Shown piece after piece: positions 23,947-34,112 of a stretch of 43,371 bases of DNA (positions within the stretch are counted from its first letter, which is position 1; each line of letters begins with the position of its first letter). The translations under genes and the position numbers were made by a program. The notes under the pieces were generated by a model, which saw only the letters and a program-made list of their open reading frames with translations, was not told the origin of the DNA and ran no database searches. The stretch covers positions 1 through 43,371 of IMG/VR virus record IMGVR_UViG_3300046786_000532; one strand, written 5' to 3'. The stretch is from a virus. Lineage: Duplodnaviria > Caudoviricetes.

Positions 23947-26277
23947 ATGACTAAAGTAGCACTCTGTATGATCGTAAAGGGCTCAGATGATGAGGCTGAA
24001 CACCTTAAACGGTGCCTTGAGAACGTTTCTAAGCACGTTGATGGCATATACCTTAATGTGAACCACAAAGAGGGTGAAAGTGTCTCTCAGAGCGTCCTAG
24101 ACGTTGCTAGAGCACATACTGACAACATTATAGAAACAGTATGGGAAGACGACTTTGCTAAAGCTCGAAACGCCTGTTTAGATACCATACCGCTAGAATA
24201 TGAATGGGTTTTGTGGCTTGATACAGACGATACTGTGGATAAGCCTAAAAAGATTAAAGAAGTTATAGAAGAGTCGAATAATTTTGACTCTATTTTTGTT
24301 GATTATCTCTACGACCAAGACGAAGAGGGCAACCCCCTTACAGTTCACTTAGTAGCCAGAATGTTCAAAAACAACGGCTCACACCGTTGGAAGGGCTCGA
24401 TCCACGAAACTCTTATTGAAACACGTGGCGTAACTCAGGGTGCAACTAAAGACTTTATGGTAGTTCACCACGCAGATGATGAGCGTAAGAACAGTAGTTT
24501 TGAACGTAATATTAAAATGCTAGAAGCACAGCTCGAAGCTGAGGCAAAAGACCCCGACCCACGTACTTTCTATTACTTAGCTAGTACTTACATGGATGCA
24601 GGGGCTATGGAATCAGCTAAGATGATCTTCCTTGATTACCTGAGACTATCTGGCTGGGATCAAGAACGTAGTGCAGCCAATAATAAACTTGGACAGATAT
24701 ATTTTGAAGAGGGCGATAGAGCCAGTGCCAAACAGCACCTTATGATGTCGATTGGAGAAGACCCAGATAACCCAGAGCCAAGAGTAGCTATGGGTAGCCT
24801 AGAGCTCGATATGAAACAGTATGGTAAAGCCGTGCATTGGCTAACAAGTGTTGAGAAGATGAAGAAAGACCTCACTACACTGGAACGCAACCCAATGAGC
24901 TATACATTCAGGACTTACTTGCTACTAGCTGAGGCATACCTAAGTATGGGCGGTAATAACCTTGAAAACGCTGCTAAGTATGCTAAGAAGGCTCGCAAGT
25001 ATAAGAAGAACGACCAGAACGTGCAAGCTTACTGCGACATGGTAGAAAATGTCGAGCGTGATAAGACTGAACTAGAGCGTTATGTATCTAAGTTTAAGAG
25101 GTTGAAGGATAAGGGACAGAAGGCAAAAGCCCAGAAAGTCCTTGATTCAATACCAGAACACCTTGCCGATAACGTAGTAGTCGCAGCACTACGCAAAGAG
25201 AACAAGAGCTTTAAGTGGCCAAAGAAGTCTATAGCTATTATGACGGGCGACACCGCACTAGATGCTTGGGGGCCATGGAGTCTTAAAGAAGGTATCGGTG
25301 GCTCAGAAGAAGCAGTTATACGCCTTAGTAGACAGCTTACAAAGCAGGGCTGGAAAGTAGTAGTCTTTGCTAAACCAGGCATAGACACGGGCTTAGATGA
25401 GCATGGCGTTATGTGGCGAAACTACTGGGACTGCAACCTCGATGACGAATTTGACATATTCGTAGCGTGGCGAGCTCCGTTTATCTTTGATAAGAAAATA
25501 AAAGCTCGTAAGTCGTACCTATGGCTACATGACGTTATGGAAGAGGGCGAGTTCACCCCAGAGCGAATCGCTAACTTTACCAAGTGTATCTTACTCAGTA
25601 AGTACCACCGTTCACTATTCCCAATGATACCCGAAGAGAAAGTCCTAATGAGTGGTAACGGTATCGACCCAGAAGAATTCGAGGCCTACGACGGTAAATT
25701 AGAGCGTGATCCACACAAGATATTGTATGCCAGCTCGCACGTTCGTGGTCTAGCCTACCTATACGAGATATGGCCAGAGGTGAAGAGAGCCGTACCAGAT
25801 GCTACGCTTGATGTTTACTACGGTAGACAGAGCTATGATGCTGTTCACAAGGGCAACCCAGAACGTATGAAGTGGATGGACGATATGATGGCTAAAGCTG
25901 AAAAACTAGATGGTGTAACCGACCACGGCAAGGCAGATCAAGAAGAAATAGTCAGAGAAGGCTTCAGAAGTGGCCTGTGGGCTTATCCATGTCCATTCCC
26001 TGAAATATACTGTATTACCGCTATTAAGTCACAAGCTTCTGGTGCAGTACCAGTCAGCTCAACTACCGCAGCACTTAATGAGACCGTTCAGTTTGGACAT
26101 AAACAAGAATTTGGTGAGTTTGATGATGCAGACCTAGAGAAATATAAAGAGTCTCTTATATGGTGGTTACAACACCCAGAAGAGCAAGATAAAGTAAGAC
26201 CAGCCATGATGAGCTGGGCAAGAACACAATCTTGGGAGGGTGTAGCAAAACAATGGTCAACGGAATTTCAATCTTAG
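23947..26277 (+). CDS. Glycosyltransferase fusion: GT2 (GT-A) + TPR repeats + GT-B (GT4-like)
   Basis: ALCMIVK, WEDDFAKARN, WLDTDD (DxD), W.G.IHE; TPR-like helices (PRTFYYLASTY); GIGGSEEA, WLHD, E.YCITAIKSQASG.VPV. Confidence 0.88.
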   Translation: MTKVALCMIVKGSDDEAEHLKRCLENVSKHVDGIYLNVNHKEGESVSQSVLDVARAHTDNIIETVWEDDFAKARNACLDTIPLEYEWVLWLDTDDTVDKPKKIKEVIEESNNFDSIFVDYLYDQDEEGNPLTVHLVARMFKNNGSHRWKGSIHETLIETRGVTQGATKDFMVVHHADDERKNSSFERNIKMLEAQLEAEAKDPDPRTFYYLASTYMDAGAMESAKMIFLDYLRLSGWDQERSAANNKLGQIYFEEGDRASAKQHLMMSIGEDPDNPEPRVAMGSLELDMKQYGKAVHWLTSVEKMKKDLTTLERNPMSYTFRTYLLLAEAYLSMGGNNLENAAKYAKKARKYKKNDQNVQAYCDMVENVERDKTELERYVSKFKRLKDKGQKAKAQKVLDSIPEHLADNVVVAALRKENKSFKWPKKSIAIMTGDTALDAWGPWSLKEGIGGSEEAVIRLSRQLTKQGWKVVVFAKPGIDTGLDEHGVMWRNYWDCNLDDEFDIFVAWRAPFIFDKKIKARKSYLWLHDVMEEGEFTPERIANFTKCILLSKYHRSLFPMIPEEKVLMSGNGIDPEEFEAYDGKLERDPHKILYASSHVRGLAYLYEIWPEVKRAVPDATLDVYYGRQSYDAVHKGNPERMKWMDDMMAKAEKLDGVTDHGKADQEEIVREGFRSGLWAYPCPFPEIYCITAIKSQASGAVPVSSTTAALNETVQFGHKQEFGEFDDADLEKYKESLIWWLQHPEEQDKVRPAMMSWARTQSWEGVAKQWSTEFQS

Positions 26278-26954
26278 TTCCGACACGTCAACGACGTGAA
26301 ATGTTTGTAAGAATGTATACTTCAGCTATGTCACTGGCTAACCACCCAGGGAACGTAGAGGTTGTGTACTATGTAGATGATGACGACGACTCATACAACG
26401 GTCTTAACCTCTACAATACTACTAGAGTAAGTGGACAGCGTATTGTACTAAGCGAGATGTGGAATGCCTGTGCTGACGCAGCAAGAGGGGACATTCTCGC
26501 ACACATGGGCGACGACATTATATTTAGAACTGAAGGATGGGATGACATAATTCGTCAAGCCTTTGAAGAAAAAGACGACAAAATACTATTTGTCTTTGGA
26601 GATGACGGTAGTAGCGAGTACAACAAGACTGAGTTTGGCACACATGGGTTTGTCCACCGTAACTGGGTAGAGACTGTTGGCTATTTTGTGCCACCGTACT
26701 TTGTTAGTGACTACAACGACACTTTCCTAAACGAGATTGCTCGTAAGGTCGGTAGACACCGTTCTATACCAATACTCACAGAGCACATGCACTACAGTCT
26801 AGGTAAAATGGAGATAGACCAGAATACTCAGGACAGACTAGACCGCCACGAAAAAGAACACCCACAAGACGCTTACAACAGCCCATGGTTTAAGAAGGAA
26901 ATGGAAGAAAAAAGGGAAGCACTAGTCAAATTTATTGAAAGTTTTAGTAAATGA
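26253..26954 (+). CDS. GT2-family glycosyltransferase
   Basis: ISILVPTRQR, VDDDD, WN...ARGDIL..MGDD, YNDT. Confidence 0.85.
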   Translation: MVNGISILVPTRQRREMFVRMYTSAMSLANHPGNVEVVYYVDDDDDSYNGLNLYNTTRVSGQRIVLSEMWNACADAARGDILAHMGDDIIFRTEGWDDIIRQAFEEKDDKILFVFGDDGSSEYNKTEFGTHGFVHRNWVETVGYFVPPYFVSDYNDTFLNEIARKVGRHRSIPILTEHMHYSLGKMEIDQNTQDRLDRHEKEHPQDAYNSPWFKKEMEEKREALVKFIESFSK

Positions 26955-28216
26955 GGATTGGAATGTGTGGGATGGGGAAATTGGGTCTACCAGTTGCCTT
27001 AGCCATTGAAAGCAGAGGACATAAAGTTGTTGGTTATGATGTATCGGATGCACCATACGAACAAATAGCGAACAGAGCGATACCACACAAGGAAGAGGGC
27101 TTACAGCCACTACTTGATAAGACTAGTATAACAATGGTACGAGAACTCGGTGATCTGGCAACTTGCGATATTATATTCCTGCCAGTCCAAACACCTCACA
27201 ATAGCCGTTTTGAGGGCACTACACGCCTTCCAGAAGATAGAGCTGACTTCGATTACACATACCTTCAAGAAGCCGTAGAGAGCCTCTCAGAGTACACAGG
27301 TACACTAGCAGTTATTAGCACCTGTCTACCAGGTACATACGATAAATATATAAAAGACATACCTCGCAAAAGTAGATATGTCTATACACCGCAGTTCATC
27401 GCCATGGGCACCGTACTAGAAGATTATCTGAACCCAGAGTTCAACTTAATAGGAGTTGAGAGCGAAGAGGCTGCCGACCAGCTGGAACGTTTTTATACAA
27501 CCATAAACAACGCCCCCAACATCCGCACCGATATTACCACAGCTGAAGGTATCAAGGTATCGTATAACACTTGGATCACAGCAAAGACTGTAATAGCTAA
27601 TGCATGGGGAGAGATGGCTGAACGTACTGGTATGGACTTCGATGCTATTAAGCGAGCGTGGGACGTATCTGGTAGAAGGCTATGGAGTCCACGATACACT
27701 AATGCTGGTAAATCAGATGGTGGTGGCTGTCACCCTAGGGACAACATAGCACTATCTTGGTTAGCTAGTGAGGTTGGTGCAAGCCATAATATATGGGAAG
27801 ATTTGATGAAAGCTAGGGAAGACTACGAAGATTGGCATGCTAGACTTGCCATGAAAGCTAGCATTGAAGCCGAACTGCCACTTGTACTACTTGGTAAGAG
27901 CTTTAAGCCAGAGACTAACATTGAGACTGGTTCACCAGCGGTGTTAATGGCTAACATGCTCAAAGATGACTACGGCTACCCATTCCAGCACTACGAAGAC
28001 GCACCAGACGGCATTCTACACCCAGCCGTTTACTTTATTGCTACGCAACACGAACGATACAAAGAAATCAGGTTCCCTAGAGGGTCAATAGTGATTGATG
28101 TCTTCGGCTACCTAGAACCACAAGACGGTGTTATAATCGAACGGATAGGAAGAAATAAAAATGGACGAGACCCAAATACAGGAAACACTGAAACAGAACA
28201 TACCAGTAACAGCTGA
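26951..28216 (+). CDS. UDP-glucose/GDP-mannose dehydrogenase family protein
   Basis: GMGKLGLP Rossmann motif, VQTP, ISTCLPG, AEGIKVSYN, GGGCHPRD catalytic Cys, FKPET. Confidence 0.92.
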   Translation: MRIGMCGMGKLGLPVALAIESRGHKVVGYDVSDAPYEQIANRAIPHKEEGLQPLLDKTSITMVRELGDLATCDIIFLPVQTPHNSRFEGTTRLPEDRADFDYTYLQEAVESLSEYTGTLAVISTCLPGTYDKYIKDIPRKSRYVYTPQFIAMGTVLEDYLNPEFNLIGVESEEAADQLERFYTTINNAPNIRTDITTAEGIKVSYNTWITAKTVIANAWGEMAERTGMDFDAIKRAWDVSGRRLWSPRYTNAGKSDGGGCHPRDNIALSWLASEVGASHNIWEDLMKAREDYEDWHARLAMKASIEAELPLVLLGKSFKPETNIETGSPAVLMANMLKDDYGYPFQHYEDAPDGILHPAVYFIATQHERYKEIRFPRGSIVIDVFGYLEPQDGVIIERIGRNKNGRDPNTGNTETEHTSNS

Positions 28217-28556
28217 ACACACACCAGCTGCACCCACTGTTAGCGACCCAAGTTTGGTACAAGTACACTACGACCTCGATGAACTGACACAGTATAAACT
28301 GATGCAACACTTTGGTGAAAACTATAAAGAGGGCGATCAGACAGCTAGACAGCAGATTAGTTACATCTATGAAGCGATTGCAGACCAAATCGGCAGTAAA
28401 GATTACCCAGTAGTTGTAGCTAAGATAAACGACCTGAAACGTATGCTCGGGTTGAATCACACCGATAACGCACGGTACAAGATGTACCAGTGGCTTAAAC
28501 TTGACCAAAAACGTTCTCGCATTGAGCAGGAACAGGGAGTATTGATAAATGGCTAA
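28161..28556 (+). CDS. Hypothetical protein
   Basis: 131 aa helical ORF overlapping the extended dehydrogenase tail. Confidence 0.7.
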   Translation: MDETQIQETLKQNIPVTAEHTPAAPTVSDPSLVQVHYDLDELTQYKLMQHFGENYKEGDQTARQQISYIYEAIADQIGSKDYPVVVAKINDLKRMLGLNHTDNARYKMYQWLKLDQKRSRIEQEQGVLING

Positions 28557-28938
28557 CGATGGCGGACAGACGCTTCCACGAATAGCTAGAGCTGAACATA
28601 TTGGCCCAGATGATACTGGTGATAATATCCAAGCAAAACGTACTGCTAACTACGTCTGGGATGGTGCAGATTGGCAGCGAATGACGCAACCTGGTGGCTC
28701 GGCATCGTCAGGGAAAACTACAGATGCTTACGGCATCCAAGCTATCTCAGATGATGGTACATACAAGTACTTCTTCTTTGAAAATGACGACACCAACTAC
28801 TACGTTATGCGTAAAAACCTCACCACTAAAGTCTTTAGTTATACCAAAGGAACGGGTAGTTATACGACGGTTTATCAATCAGAAATACTTGGCCCTAGTG
28901 GTTCACCGACTTGGGGTACGAGAGGGGCAACCTTCTAA
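28549..28938 (+). CDS. Hypothetical virion protein
   Basis: G/T/Y-rich 129 aa ORF in the tail module. Confidence 0.65.
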   Translation: MANDGGQTLPRIARAEHIGPDDTGDNIQAKRTANYVWDGADWQRMTQPGGSASSGKTTDAYGIQAISDDGTYKYFFFENDDTNYYVMRKNLTTKVFSYTKGTGSYTTVYQSEILGPSGSPTWGTRGATF

Positions 28939-29129
28939 TGAAACCTATAAACCGCAGATACCACAATCTAGACGATCCTACTATGCAACCAAGTATTACC
29001 TGGGATATGAGCAACGGTAGTGAGATTGTTGTACCAGACTTAGCAACTAGTGGTGAAGTTGGTGACGGCAAAATAGAACTAACCGCACTCGCTCAGGCTG
29101 TGTGTGATGCGTATGAGGAGACTATCTAA
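28938..29129 (+). CDS. Hypothetical small protein
   Basis: TAATG overlaps at both ends; MKPINRRY... Confidence 0.6.
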   Translation: MKPINRRYHNLDDPTMQPSITWDMSNGSEIVVPDLATSGEVGDGKIELTALAQAVCDAYEETI

Positions 29130-31687
29130 TGGCAGTTATCGTATCAAACGGAGCAACCACGCTCGCAACAGCAAGTGGCTTCTATCGAGCCGAGTCTTAT
29201 AACCTAAGCATGTTCTCAACGACTCTCCTGGCGTTATCAAGTACCAGAACGATAGCAGTCACCTTTGCGAACGCAGGCAACGCACAGGGCTTGATTATCC
29301 CTCTCGCAGCAAACACCCACGTTACAAGACCAGTGACCGTTAAACTTCAGGAACTCGTTGCAGCGGTATGGACTGACCGAGCAACCAAGACTTTGACGGC
29401 CGCAGAGATTTCAAACTCTACCGCAAACACCTCACAAGCTACCTGGATAACGCCATTCCAGTTCGGTACACCTTATGCTGTCAACACAACTGCTGGTATC
29501 TGGCGGTTTGAAATAACGCAGGGTGCTGGGTCAAATAACTGGAACCTCATGACATCAAACGGAACTGCGCCATCTTATGTAGCGTGGTGTGATAACGCTG
29601 TCAGTTATGCCTCTGGTGATGTACCAATAGCCAAAGAGAAGATTACGATAGATAGCAACTGTACGTTTACAGGCTTGCTCTCTACGGGTGATTCGACTAA
29701 CTCTATCTGTGCGATTGCGTGTCGTTCAACAACTCCAACCGTCGGGAACGACGCTATGTTTGAGTGGGAAAACGCACCAGCGGCTTCGTACACGATGAAC
29801 ATCAACGGGTTCTTTGTATTATCTGCACACTCTGGCTTCCGAGCTGGGACTTCAGCAAGCCGTATACCAACAGCGCAACAGGCGATTATAGACATCAAGA
29901 ACGCTAGTCTTGGGACATCAACTAACTCTGGCTTCTGTGGTGGTGGTATATCTGGTAACAACGCTGCTTATATAGGGAGAATGTCACTTAATATCTTTGG
30001 CGAGATTCCAGCCGTTACACGCACGACCTTGGCTAGTGATGCCGCAACTGCCCAACAAGATATTGTCACCACTGACGCAACAGGTTGGACGGTCGGTGAC
30101 AGCATCTGTATTACAAAAGGCGCTGCGGCTGGTGCGATGGCTGAAACCGTACCGTTTACGATTGACACGATTGCAGGAACAGCAATAAACGTGAACACGA
30201 ATATCCTTACGGCTACCCGAAAATCTGGCGGTCATGTATTTAGGTTGAACGGCTATGGGGTTGTGTTAAAATCAAGCTTTGCTTCTGGGCTGGCGGCTAA
30301 CTTCTTAAATGGTTGTAATGCCCTGAGATTATCGGGTGTACAGCTCCAATCTATTAGCTTTACGACATCCAACGGAACTTCACAGTGGTATGACGAGACA
30401 GCGAATATTGACGTTATAAAGATTGATAACTGTTCTTACTATACTGTCAACGGTTCGGGAACGCTCCTCGGAGCAACAAACTTTCCGTCTACTGCTTCCG
30501 CTGGGGTGGAGATTAGTAACGTCAACTCCTTTAAGGGGGCGCTTACAAGTACCGTTTATGGCCCATCACGAGACAACGCATGGCTAATAGAGGATTGTGT
30601 CCTGTATAACTCTGCTGGTAGCATACTTGGTCTAACGAGAAACCGAGGAATTGTGATACAGGACAACTTCTTCTACAACATCTATAACGCACAGGCGATA
30701 GGCGTCACGAGTGGTCTGGCCAGTTCTACTATTCAAAGAAACGTCTTTTGGGGAGCGATATATGGCATGAGGGTTGACGGTGCTGTGGTAGACCTTGACT
30801 GGAATAATAATGTTGTAGACTACTGTACAAACGTATTTTGGGTTTTCTCGGTCATTCTAAACAGTGTAGTGGCAAATGATAGCTACGGCTTGAACGGGGC
30901 TGTTACCTATGTAGCCGTACCATTCGCAGCTTATAACTCGTATTGGGGCTTGGTGTTTAGAGACTGCAACATCGGGACAATAACAAGATTTATTGATGAC
31001 ATGACCCAATCTGTTGATGGCTCGATGATTGGGATTCAAAACTACGACCTTACGACAAACGATGACCAATGCTGGATGACCTATGGTGTTATCCAACGCA
31101 CAGGTACAGGTCTATCTGATACTACTGTAAGAACATCTGGCGGTTATGCGATGCGATTCACCCCAACGAGTTCAACCTATCTCATGCACTGGGAACAGAC
31201 TATCCCAACGGGTGATATAGATACCAAGACCATGACCATATCTGTCTGGGTCTACATCAACAACGCAGCCTACTACGCTGGCACACACACCAAGCCAACC
31301 CTAACCGTAACCTACGATAACGGGACTGAGATATCCGCTGTCGCAGCCGCATCCGCAGGGGCATGGCAACAACTGGCGGTGACGTTTACCCCTGCCACAA
31401 GTTTTGGACAGGTGGAAATGAAGATTACAGGTGCAACTGACGCTACTGGTACAAACCGCTACTTCTATCTTGATGACGTAAACATAGCTTACCCTGCTGG
31501 CGTAGCAGTAGACCTTGGAAACCTTGACCTATGGGCAGATGGACTACCTGTTGCCCCAGCTATCGCAACCGTACCAAGTTTGGGTGGGGTGTGGGATGAG
31601 CCACTTACCGCACACACCATTGCTGGGTCTATGGGCGTACTCCTGAGCGATGCAGCAGATAACGCAGAACTGGCGGCAATAAAGTAA
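29129..31687 (+). CDS. Tailspike-like receptor-binding protein (predicted beta-helix plus C-terminal carbohydrate-binding domain)
   Basis: 852 aa T/S/N/G-rich; repeating I.DN.F/I..N.F beta-helix rungs; TISVWVY...WQQLAVTFT...YLDDV CBM-like end. Confidence 0.7.
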   Translation: MAVIVSNGATTLATASGFYRAESYNLSMFSTTLLALSSTRTIAVTFANAGNAQGLIIPLAANTHVTRPVTVKLQELVAAVWTDRATKTLTAAEISNSTANTSQATWITPFQFGTPYAVNTTAGIWRFEITQGAGSNNWNLMTSNGTAPSYVAWCDNAVSYASGDVPIAKEKITIDSNCTFTGLLSTGDSTNSICAIACRSTTPTVGNDAMFEWENAPAASYTMNINGFFVLSAHSGFRAGTSASRIPTAQQAIIDIKNASLGTSTNSGFCGGGISGNNAAYIGRMSLNIFGEIPAVTRTTLASDAATAQQDIVTTDATGWTVGDSICITKGAAAGAMAETVPFTIDTIAGTAINVNTNILTATRKSGGHVFRLNGYGVVLKSSFASGLAANFLNGCNALRLSGVQLQSISFTTSNGTSQWYDETANIDVIKIDNCSYYTVNGSGTLLGATNFPSTASAGVEISNVNSFKGALTSTVYGPSRDNAWLIEDCVLYNSAGSILGLTRNRGIVIQDNFFYNIYNAQAIGVTSGLASSTIQRNVFWGAIYGMRVDGAVVDLDWNNNVVDYCTNVFWVFSVILNSVVANDSYGLNGAVTYVAVPFAAYNSYWGLVFRDCNIGTITRFIDDMTQSVDGSMIGIQNYDLTTNDDQCWMTYGVIQRTGTGLSDTTVRTSGGYAMRFTPTSSTYLMHWEQTIPTGDIDTKTMTISVWVYINNAAYYAGTHTKPTLTVTYDNGTEISAVAAASAGAWQQLAVTFTPATSFGQVEMKITGATDATGTNRYFYLDDVNIAYPAGVAVDLGNLDLWADGLPVAPAIATVPSLGGVWDEPLTAHTIAGSMGVLLSDAADNAELAAIK

Positions 31688-31977
31688 TGGACAATCCAAA
31701 AGAACCTACCAACGCTGATCTTTACGAAAGACTAGGCAGAATGGAAGCCTCAACTTCTGAACGGCTAGATTCTATCCTTGAACAAGTTAAAAAGACTAAC
31801 GGTAGGGTTACTCGACTTGAAAAATGGAAAGAGCGCCTTGACATCATAGAGGTATACAAAAAAGAGAATGGTGCAATTATCGTACCGAAAGAGGTTGACT
31901 GGCAGAAACTCATGCTCTACAGCCTTGGTCTAGTCGGTACAGCACTAGCAGTAATAAGTTATAGGCACAGCCCATGA
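31687..31977 (+). CDS. Coiled-coil plus C-terminal TM protein (holin-like), copy A
   Basis: PTNADLYERL...KTNGRVTRLE, C-terminal hydrophobic helix. Confidence 0.6.
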   Translation: MDNPKEPTNADLYERLGRMEASTSERLDSILEQVKKTNGRVTRLEKWKERLDIIEVYKKENGAIIVPKEVDWQKLMLYSLGLVGTALAVISYRHSP

Positions 31978-32083
31978 ACGCTACAAACAATATCCATTCC
32001 CAAAAGGCTCTACAATTATTGACCCACATGGTATCATACAAGATAGGGATAATACTACAGTTATTCGTGTAGGAAGAAAATAA
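31961..32083 (+). pseudogene. Remnant C-terminus of a second UDP-sugar dehydrogenase allele
   Basis: IGTAHERYKQYPFPKGSTIIDPHGIIQDRDNTTVIRVGRK* aligns ungapped (18/40 identical) to IATQHERYKEIRFPRGSIVIDVFGYLEPQDGVIIERIGRN in 26951-28216; no start codon. Confidence 0.8.
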
Positions 32084-32095
32084 AAGGAGAAATAA

Positions 32096-32473
32096 ATGGC
32101 AAAAGACGCATCAGGGAACGACATAGTGACAACAGGGGCAGATTCATTATCCAGCCTGTCTACTAGAATCGCTGGAGAAGATCTAACCAATGACGTACTA
32201 AAAATACAAGACAGCGCTAGCTACACCAACCTATCAGCATCAGCTTTAATCAAGACAGGTGCTGGTGTACTAAAAGGTATCGTAGTAAACTCACACTCAT
32301 CAGGAACACTAAAACTCTGGGATAACACCTCAGCAGCAACTACAGTCCTATTCAACACGATAACTTTCGCAGCAGGTTCAGGTATTGTGATAAACCTACC
32401 AGCAGTAGAGTTCTCAACAGGTCTATACGCAACAATCGGTGGAACAGCAGACATAACTCTGCTTTGGAAATAA
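32096..32473 (+). CDS. Small beta-rich virion protein
   Basis: IKTGAGVLKGIVVN...LKLWDN...EFSTGLYATI; SD aaggag. Confidence 0.7.
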   Translation: MAKDASGNDIVTTGADSLSSLSTRIAGEDLTNDVLKIQDSASYTNLSASALIKTGAGVLKGIVVNSHSSGTLKLWDNTSAATTVLFNTITFAAGSGIVINLPAVEFSTGLYATIGGTADITLLWK

Positions 32474-32482
32474 GGAGATATC

Positions 32483-32758
32483 ATGGCTAAATATAAAATC
32501 ACCAACATAGACGAAAAAGGTAAAGTAACCTTTCAAGTATTAAGCGGTTCTACAGTTGTAATGACTGACACTCGCCAAGATTTGCCTGTTGAAAGCAAAG
32601 AAGAAGTAGATGAGATTCTATCCAAGTTTGCTAACGATGTTGAAGCAGACTTTGTTTCAACCGTAACAGTAGACCCCGAACTTACTAAGATTGTAAACAA
32701 GGCACAAGAAGCTAAGATTTCAGTAGAAGTAGCAGTAGACGAACCTGTAGAGGTTTAA
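32483..32758 (+). CDS. Hypothetical acidic protein
   Basis: SD aaggag; 91 aa. Confidence 0.7.
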   Translation: MAKYKITNIDEKGKVTFQVLSGSTVVMTDTRQDLPVESKEEVDEILSKFANDVEADFVSTVTVDPELTKIVNKAQEAKISVEVAVDEPVEV

Positions 32759-32759
32759 A

Positions 32760-34070
32760 ATGGCACGACAGACTATTCAGAATAGTAATGCGAGCCTGTA
32801 TTTAGATGGCAACGCTGGGTATATGACCTCGCCAGTAGTACCAGACCCAACAGGGTTTAGTTTTGGTATGTGGGTTGACGTTACTAAGGCTACCGCAAAC
32901 GATAGGGTGTTTGACTACGGTGACTCAGGGCCAAGCAACGGAACTACTCTCACAGTCCTCAGCACAGGTGCGCTCGCTTGGGTGATATACAACACCACAA
33001 ACATTCATTCGTCTTTAAGCGTATCTAATTACGTTGGGCGCTGGGTTCATGTTGCTGGAACATATAAGACAAATGAGGCAAAGTTGTATGTCAATGGGGT
33101 GCTTACAAGTTCCGACACTTCCATAGGAATGACAGCGCCTACACAGACGCTTACATTCGGTAGACGCTCTGCGGCAAGTTCAAACTTCTCAAGATGCAAC
33201 TTATCTAGTATAGTCTGGCACAATACCACAACTCCCTGGACCGCAGCTCAAGTCCTCGCACTATACCAAAGTGGTACAGTCCCTACTGGTGCTACCGCAG
33301 TCTACCCTCTCTCAGAAGGTGCTGGCTCTATAGCCTACGACACATCAGGCAACGGTAATAACGGTACTATAACATCAGGTACTTGGACTAGAGATACTCC
33401 TACAAAGACTCGTAAACTAGTAAATAACAACCTTGTATACAATGGAGACTTTGAGATAGCTCCACAAGTTAATGTACCGACTACCACACAGTTTAGGTGG
33501 ATAGACGGGACTGCTGCTGGTGCAAGTAGCCCCATAAACATCTTTGGCTGGGGTCTTCAGACTGGCTCGGCTACGGCTACAGCGCTGTTTGATTCAACTG
33601 TCAGCCACTCTGGTAACTACTCGCTAAAACTTTCAGCCACCGCAACTGCCAGTAGTGTCAAGGTAAGCAATAAAGCAAACTCATCATATTTTGGTTCTAT
33701 GTCCCCAGTTCTACCAAGTACAAGCTACACTATATCGGGTTGGTATAAAACAAGTGTCACTAGCGGTACGGCTACAACTGGCGTTATGGTACAGGCTATC
33801 GGTAAGATAAACGAAGATAACAATGAGGATGTAACATATACGGCTGTAAGTGGAGTGAAAACGACCACTGATTGGACATATTTTACTTATACATTCACTA
33901 CTGATTCAAATATAAACTACATAAAAACTGCCTTTAGGATAAATAATGATGGTGCAGCCACCCTCATAATGGATGCCTGGTTTGATGACATACAACTCTA
34001 CCCCACCACTCCTGTAACAAGAAACGTAGCCACTGGTAGAAGTATTGCTACTGGTAGGAGCGCAGCATGA
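32760..34070 (+). CDS. LamG/concanavalin-A-like plus CBM receptor-binding protein
   Basis: SLYLDG, WVHVAGTY...LYVNG, YPLSEGAG..AYDTSGNGNNGT, NLVYNGDFE, YTISGWYK, WFDDIQL. Confidence 0.8.
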   Translation: MARQTIQNSNASLYLDGNAGYMTSPVVPDPTGFSFGMWVDVTKATANDRVFDYGDSGPSNGTTLTVLSTGALAWVIYNTTNIHSSLSVSNYVGRWVHVAGTYKTNEAKLYVNGVLTSSDTSIGMTAPTQTLTFGRRSAASSNFSRCNLSSIVWHNTTTPWTAAQVLALYQSGTVPTGATAVYPLSEGAGSIAYDTSGNGNNGTITSGTWTRDTPTKTRKLVNNNLVYNGDFEIAPQVNVPTTTQFRWIDGTAAGASSPINIFGWGLQTGSATATALFDSTVSHSGNYSLKLSATATASSVKVSNKANSSYFGSMSPVLPSTSYTISGWYKTSVTSGTATTGVMVQAIGKINEDNNEDVTYTAVSGVKTTTDWTYFTYTFTTDSNINYIKTAFRINNDGAATLIMDAWFDDIQLYPTTPVTRNVATGRSIATGRSAA

Positions 34071-34112
34071 CATCTGTTGGTATATCAGCAGGTACAGGCG
34101 TAACAAAAATAA

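Noticed and set aside
23947-28216. DNA hypermodification role for the glycosyltransferases
   Set aside because: No hydroxymethyltransferase, TET/JBP or phage DNA polymerase seen; the TPR fusion and structural-operon location fit protein targets better
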